NCBI GenBank assembly: GCA_963702895.1 | Contig: OY969767.1 | Coordinates: forward strand, 2,418,398-2,482,397 | Source of the DNA: an uncultured Elusimicrobia bacterium | Lineage (GTDB): Bacteria > Elusimicrobiota > Elusimicrobia > 2-01-FULL-59-12 | Direction of reading: 5' to 3' | DNA: 64,000 nt | Part shown: positions 59,473-64,000 of the stretch, one piece after another | How the letters are laid out: each line of letters begins with the position of its first letter | How positions within the stretch are numbered: position 1 is the first letter of the stretch | Program-made: the position numbers and the translations under genes | Notes under the pieces: generated by a model | Databases searched by the model: none | What the model saw: the letters and a program-made list of their open reading frames with translations, nothing else | Told to the model about the DNA's origin: nothing

Positions 59473-60320
59473 TGCGTTTCTTGGGTATTTATCGTGAGCC
59501 AGAGTTTTCTCCTGGCCGACACCTGTCCAATGACGCCAAAATCCTGCGCTTGGTCGCACAGGCCTTAGCGTGCCAGGACATCTCGGTGCGCCTGGCCACG
59601 CTGGAAGAGGCTCGAGGCGAGTGGCAGGACGCGGACCTCATTTTCTCCATGTGTCAGGGGCCACAAGCTCTCCACGAGCTCACGCGGTGGAAGAGGCAGG
59701 GCGCTTGGATCCTCAATGACCCCGAAGCCTCTCGCCGGACCTATCGCGACAGCCTCTGTTCAGCCCTGCGCGAAGAGGATCTGAGATTTCCGCACAGCGA
59801 ATTTATTTCCACGAGCGCCCACCTCCGGGACCTGGAAAGTTTTCAGCCCTGGTTCTTGAACGAAGGCGCCTGGCTTAAACGCGCGGATGTCCACGCGACC
59901 ACCCCGTCCGACGTGGTGAAACTCGAACGGTGGTCAGACTTGAACTCGGTACTCGGAAGATTTCGCGCGCGCGGCCTCGAGAAAGCGGTTTTGCAGCATC
60001 ATTGCCCGGGCGATGAAGTGAAGTTCTATGCCGTCAAAGGGGATCGCCTGTTTTGGCCTTACTACCCTAAAGAATCCGAAGGGCACCCTTTTGATGAAAA
60101 AGCGCTCAAAGCCCTCGCGGAGCATGCGGCCAAAACGTTGGATCTCGCCATTTATGGCGGAGACGCGATTATTTCCCCGGAAGGCAGGATCACTCTGATC
60201 GATTTAAACGACTGGCCATCTTTCGCCCCCTGCCGGGGTGCCGCGGCCAGCGCCATCGCCAAATTCTTAAAGGATGCCTATCGTGCCCGCCAAAACAAAA
60301 GAGAAACAGCCAAAGTCTAA
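59469..60320 (+). CDS. ATP-grasp-like protein
   Basis: Start set at the MMRFLGIY Met overlapping the upstream stop. ATP-grasp-like blocks (EVKFYAVKGDRLFW; GGDAIISPEGRITLIDLNDWPSF). Confidence 0.5.
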   Translation: MMRFLGIYREPEFSPGRHLSNDAKILRLVAQALACQDISVRLATLEEARGEWQDADLIFSMCQGPQALHELTRWKRQGAWILNDPEASRRTYRDSLCSALREEDLRFPHSEFISTSAHLRDLESFQPWFLNEGAWLKRADVHATTPSDVVKLERWSDLNSVLGRFRARGLEKAVLQHHCPGDEVKFYAVKGDRLFWPYYPKESEGHPFDEKALKALAEHAAKTLDLAIYGGDAIISPEGRITLIDLNDWPSFAPCRGAAASAIAKFLKDAYRARQNKRETAKV

Positions 60321-61755
60321 GTTCGTCCGACGTACGACGTCCGACGCCCGCACATCTCACCCGAAACGGCCTCTGCGGGTCGCCCCTGGCCCCGAAGGAC
60401 TTCAGGACGTCGGACCTCGGACGTCGGACGCCCTCACAGGCTGGCCCGGCCCAAAATCCGTCGCCCTCTTCGAAGAGGAGCAAGCTTTCCTCTCCCCAGG
60501 CAATCAGTCGATCGCGCTCCTCTCGAAATTAACGATCGAGCGTGGCAGCGGCTGTCGCCTCACGGATGCTGACGGCAACTCCTATCTCGACTTGAATGGA
60601 GGTGTTTCGAGCGCAAGCCTTGGCCACTGCCATCCAAAGTTCGTTCAGGCGATGACGGACCAGCTCTCCAAAGTGACCCTGGGCAGTTATACCAGCCGTT
60701 CCCGTCTGGCTTTGGTCAAGTTGCTCGCGAAGATTGCCCCCAAAGGCCTGCGGCGGACTCAGTTTTTTTCCAGCGGCGCCGAAGCCGTCGAGGCCGCTTT
60801 TCGGCTCGCGAAGTCGATCACGAAGAAAAACCAGATCTTTGGGTTCTGGGGTGGCTATCATGGCAAAACACAAGGGACCCTGCCGCTTTCTCTGGTTGAT
60901 TGGAAGTTCGAGCTCGGCCCCTTGATGGCCGGCTACCAACAGACGCCTTATGCGGACTGCTACCGTTGCCCCTTCCGTGCGCGCTATCCGGAATGTGGTC
61001 TGGCCTGCGCTGAATATTTCCGTGATCAGATCCGTGCGACCGCCAGAGGCGACGTCGCCGCCGTTATCGCCGAGCCTGTTCAGGGCACGGCGGGCAATAT
61101 CGTTCCTCCCGATGGATTCATTCGAGCGGTATGCGAAATCGCCAAAGAGGAAGGTGCTGTCTTTATCTCGGACGAAATGATTACGGGCTTTGGCCGCACC
61201 GGTCACATGTTCGGCGTGGACCACGACAACGTCTTGCCGGACGTGATGAGCGTGGGCAAAGGCATGGGCAACGGTTTCCCCGTATCGGGCGTCATCACCA
61301 CGGACGCGCATGCCCAGGCCAGGCCCTGGTCGCTCCCCAGCGCATCCTCTTCGAGCTACGGGGGCAATCCTTTCGCGAGCGAAGCGGTGCGCGTCACGAC
61401 GCAAACGATCCTCGAAGAGGACCTCGTGAACAACAGCGCCCGCGTGGGACGCGTGCTCTTGGATGGCATTCGAAAGCTCCAAGGCCACTATCCTTTTATC
61501 GGGGACGTGCGCGGGCGTGGGCTGCTGATCGGCATGGACCTGGTCAAAGACCGCAAGACAAAGGAGTTCCTGCCTGCGGTCCTTTGCGAGAAGTTCTTTT
61601 TTGAATGTTTAAAGCGCGGTCTCCTCATGATGAGTTACACGCCGCGCGTCCGCATTCATCCGCCCTTGGTCCTGAGCGAATCCGAAGCCCAGGAAGCTCT
61701 CGCCAAAATGGATGAAGCGTTGGCGACCCTTGTCTCCGACTTCGAGAAGCTATGA
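60274..61755 (+). CDS. Class III PLP-dependent aminotransferase (omega-aminotransferase family)
   Basis: GGYHGKTQGTL, DEMITGFGRTGHMFGVDH and the PLP-lysine block SVGKGMGNGFP. About 50 N-terminal codons span the inverted-repeat element; no canonical in-frame start lies downstream of it. Confidence 0.75.
   Translation: MPIVPAKTKEKQPKSKFVRRTTSDARTSHPKRPLRVAPGPEGLQDVGPRTSDALTGWPGPKSVALFEEEQAFLSPGNQSIALLSKLTIERGSGCRLTDADGNSYLDLNGGVSSASLGHCHPKFVQAMTDQLSKVTLGSYTSRSRLALVKLLAKIAPKGLRRTQFFSSGAEAVEAAFRLAKSITKKNQIFGFWGGYHGKTQGTLPLSLVDWKFELGPLMAGYQQTPYADCYRCPFRARYPECGLACAEYFRDQIRATARGDVAAVIAEPVQGTAGNIVPPDGFIRAVCEIAKEEGAVFISDEMITGFGRTGHMFGVDHDNVLPDVMSVGKGMGNGFPVSGVITTDAHAQARPWSLPSASSSSYGGNPFASEAVRVTTQTILEEDLVNNSARVGRVLLDGIRKLQGHYPFIGDVRGRGLLIGMDLVKDRKTKEFLPAVLCEKFFFECLKRGLLMMSYTPRVRIHPPLVLSESEAQEALAKMDEALATLVSDFEKL
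60324..60429. repeat. Inverted-repeat element (duplicated 9-mer arms) at the 5' end of the aminotransferase ORF
   Basis: CGTCCGACGTACGACGTCCGACG ... about 60 bp ... CGTCGGACCTCGGACGTCGGACG. Just downstream of the ATP-grasp stop and in frame within the N-terminal extension of the next ORF. Confidence 0.5.
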
Positions 61756-62822
61756 CGAAACTGCAGGGGGCTTTCATCGGCTTTGGCAAGACCGCGGAAC
61801 TGGGGCACTGGCCTTCTTACACCCGCTCCTCGGACGCGGAAATTGTGGCCGTCATGGACCCCGCGCCGGCCCGCCAGCAGGCAGCACGCGTTCTTGATCC
61901 TCGCTTGCGTGTGTACGGCTCGGTGGAGGAGCTTTTCCGGACCGTGGAGCTCGATTTTGTCGATATCTGCGCGCCTCCTTCCTTTCACGCGCCCCTCGCA
62001 CTCGAGGCCCTGGAGCATCGGTGTCATGTCTTGTGCGAAAAACCCTTGACCTTGAAACCTTCGGAGTATGGGGCGCTCTCCCAGGCCATGAATCGTCATG
62101 GCCGGACGGTCTTTACCGTACACAACTGGAAGTTCGCGCCCATCTTTCAAAAGGCGCTCTCGCTCATCCAGGAAGGTCGGATTGGACCGGTGTGGCATGT
62201 GGAGATCTTCACCCTGCGCGACAACGCATGCAAAGGATCAGAATCGGCGGCGCAAAGAGCGGATTGGCGAAAAAGTATGGCGGTGGCGGGCGGCGGGATT
62301 TTGGTGGACCATGGATGGCATTCGTTCTACCTTCTCTTAAACCTGGTCAACGCCGAGCCGCAGAAAATCCTCGCCAAGATGCTCAAAGATCGGGAGGATC
62401 CGGAGAGCCTGGAGGAAGCAGTCCAAGCGCTGGTGCAATTCCCGGAAGCCCATGGCTACCTCCACCTGACTTGGTGTGCCCCCACGCGTCGGAACCATGT
62501 CCTGGTTCAGGGACAAAAGGGAATACTCCTGATCGACGATGACCGACTTCTCCTCACGACGCGTGACGGCCAGCGAGAGGAAGCCCACTTTGACGCCCCG
62601 CTCTCCGCCGGATCGCATCATGCGGATTGGTTTCAAGCGCTTTTACCGGAGTTTGTCGCTGAAATCAACATTCCCTCCAAACGCGGCACCAACTTCAAGG
62701 AGGCGGGCTGGTGCCTGGCACTGACGTCGGCCGCCTATCAATCGAACCTCCAAGGTTTTAAAGAGGTCTCGGTCGACTTTCCTGGCACCTTCAACGCGCC
62801 AGTCGCTCAAGAAAGCGGCTGA
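61752..62822 (+). CDS. Gfo/Idh/MocA-family NAD(P)-dependent oxidoreductase
   Basis: N-terminal Rossmann fold (FIGFGKTAELGHWPSY) and EKPL motif (HVLCEKPLTL). Start overlaps the upstream stop. Confidence 0.75.
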   Translation: MTKLQGAFIGFGKTAELGHWPSYTRSSDAEIVAVMDPAPARQQAARVLDPRLRVYGSVEELFRTVELDFVDICAPPSFHAPLALEALEHRCHVLCEKPLTLKPSEYGALSQAMNRHGRTVFTVHNWKFAPIFQKALSLIQEGRIGPVWHVEIFTLRDNACKGSESAAQRADWRKSMAVAGGGILVDHGWHSFYLLLNLVNAEPQKILAKMLKDREDPESLEEAVQALVQFPEAHGYLHLTWCAPTRRNHVLVQGQKGILLIDDDRLLLTTRDGQREEAHFDAPLSAGSHHADWFQALLPEFVAEINIPSKRGTNFKEAGWCLALTSAAYQSNLQGFKEVSVDFPGTFNAPVAQESG

Positions 62823-63905
62823 TCAGTTCGGAGGCGGGGAGGTGGGTTTGAATTTGGACAGACGCCAGAAGATCCAGAGGCCAGCGCAGTTCCAGAAGAT
62901 TTCACGAACACGTCGTATGAGAGCCACCGACACACCCAACGCAGGAGGAAGCCCCAGAGCGGCCGCCGCGAGATAGTGCCCTCCTTCATAAAGACCGATC
63001 CCCGCGGGGGCAAAAAGTCCGACGACGGCAGCCAGTTGTGCCATGGCCCCCACATACCAAGCTTCACGCCAATTGACCGCGTGACCGATTAGGCGGAAGA
63101 TGATCGCCACTTCGAGGGCCCCGGCCACCCAACCCGCACTGTGCCACAACGTGCTTCCCAAGAACCGGAGTTTGCCTTCTCGGTAGAAGGCCCCGATGGA
63201 ATCATCCAGAGCGTTGAGCTTTCCTTCCTGTTTCTTCAGCCAGGGGTGCCCGGTGAGATTGTGAAGCCACGCCCCTATCCGACTCAACGACCGGCTGGCC
63301 AAAAGAAAAGTAAAGATCATAATGCCCAGACACAAGGCCATGAGCGCGATGAGCGTTTTAGGGTGATGGGCGAGTCCCGGTTGTCCGCGTTGCGTGCCGA
63401 GCGTTAGTCCGACGCCTACAAAAAGCACCAGTCCTATGCTTTGCGCGGCTTTTGCGATCAGGACAGAAGACGCCGCTTCGCGCAAGGGGACCCACCGGGA
63501 TAAGAGCTGCGCTTTTAAGGGCTCGCCACCGACATAACCAGAGGGCAAAAGAGAATTAAAAGTTTCGCCGGAGAGGCGGATCTGCAATAACCGCAAGAGA
63601 GGCTGATTGGCATATTCCTGATGCAGCGCCATGCGCCACCCTTGAGTGTTGAGCAGATTCCAGCTCACAGCATAAACAATCACCAGGAGGTAGCCCCAGC
63701 CGATCATGCCAAGGGAATGTTGGATCTGCTGCCATCCCACTTCGTGGATGAGAAAAACGACGATCGCCACTCCGATCAGAACACCCAAAGCGCGGAGGAG
63801 GGTCATGAAGCGACTTTTCCGAGGATCAGGCTCGCCCAGAAGTTGATGGTAGATAGCCCTCAGCGACACTAAAAACGCGATACCTAGGGGCGCGTGAACA
63901 GGCAT
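62823..63905 (-). CDS. Polytopic membrane protein (lysylphosphatidylglycerol-synthase-like / flippase-like transmembrane domain)
   Basis: At least 8 hydrophobic helices over 360 aa; resembles the membrane domain family associated with MprF-like proteins. Confidence 0.5.
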   Translation of the reverse strand: MPVHAPLGIAFLVSLRAIYHQLLGEPDPRKSRFMTLLRALGVLIGVAIVVFLIHEVGWQQIQHSLGMIGWGYLLVIVYAVSWNLLNTQGWRMALHQEYANQPLLRLLQIRLSGETFNSLLPSGYVGGEPLKAQLLSRWVPLREAASSVLIAKAAQSIGLVLFVGVGLTLGTQRGQPGLAHHPKTLIALMALCLGIMIFTFLLASRSLSRIGAWLHNLTGHPWLKKQEGKLNALDDSIGAFYREGKLRFLGSTLWHSAGWVAGALEVAIIFRLIGHAVNWREAWYVGAMAQLAAVVGLFAPAGIGLYEGGHYLAAAALGLPPALGVSVALIRRVREIFWNCAGLWIFWRLSKFKPTSPPPN

Positions 63906-64000
63906 GGGGAGATTCTACGGCATCCGTCAAATTTAATAAACGGCAAACTTCGTAAATCGTGAATCGTAAATAGTTTGTGGGGACGGCCTCGTAAACCATT

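Noticed and set aside
1-64000. Prophage, integron, rRNA operon or recognisable defence system (restriction-modification, CBASS, toxin-antitoxin and similar)
   Set aside because: No integrase, capsid or terminase, methyltransferase/nuclease pairs, cyclase-effector pairs or rRNA-like sequence were recognised; the only transposase is the IS110-family gene.

Overview
High-GC (~58-60%) bacterial chromosomal segment, called by reading the six-frame translations and the nucleotide sequence; no searches were run, so every family assignment is motif-level recognition. Gene content is mostly housekeeping: a 5'-truncated class II ribonucleotide reductase (nrdJ) carrying an intein, a hemE-hemH-hemY operon plus hemL, gltX next to tRNA-Gln, metH, hisG, a chorismate-utilising enzyme with a class IV aminotransferase, an ABC-F ATPase, arfB and an M1 aminopeptidase. 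There is also a two-component/PilZ signalling module, an envelope glycosylation cluster (GT4, GT9, TMTC-like DUF1736/TPR protein), an ArsC-like/DsbD/radical-SAM operon and a five-gene putative small-molecule biosynthetic operon. Non-standard content that I consider most worth follow-up: (1) a tandem array of six ~82-bp units abutting the 3' end of tRNA-Gln, each unit a tRNA 3'-end copy with two perfect hairpins in place of the T-loop; (2) several families of palindromic repeats, some lying in frame inside ORFs (three in metH); (3) a second LAGLIDADG-type intein in a divergent PurD-like ATP-grasp gene; (4) an IS110-family element beside a palindromic-repeat cluster; (5) a low-GC islet encoding a secretin-N-domain protein and a type IV pilin-like protein; (6) a 271-bp element bounded by 33-bp inverted repeats between the response regulator and the histidine kinase. 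No CRISPR array, rRNA, prophage or recognisable defence system was seen. CDS coordinates follow the supplied ORF track; positions read off the raw sequence (repeats, tRNA, intein junctions) may be off by a few nt.
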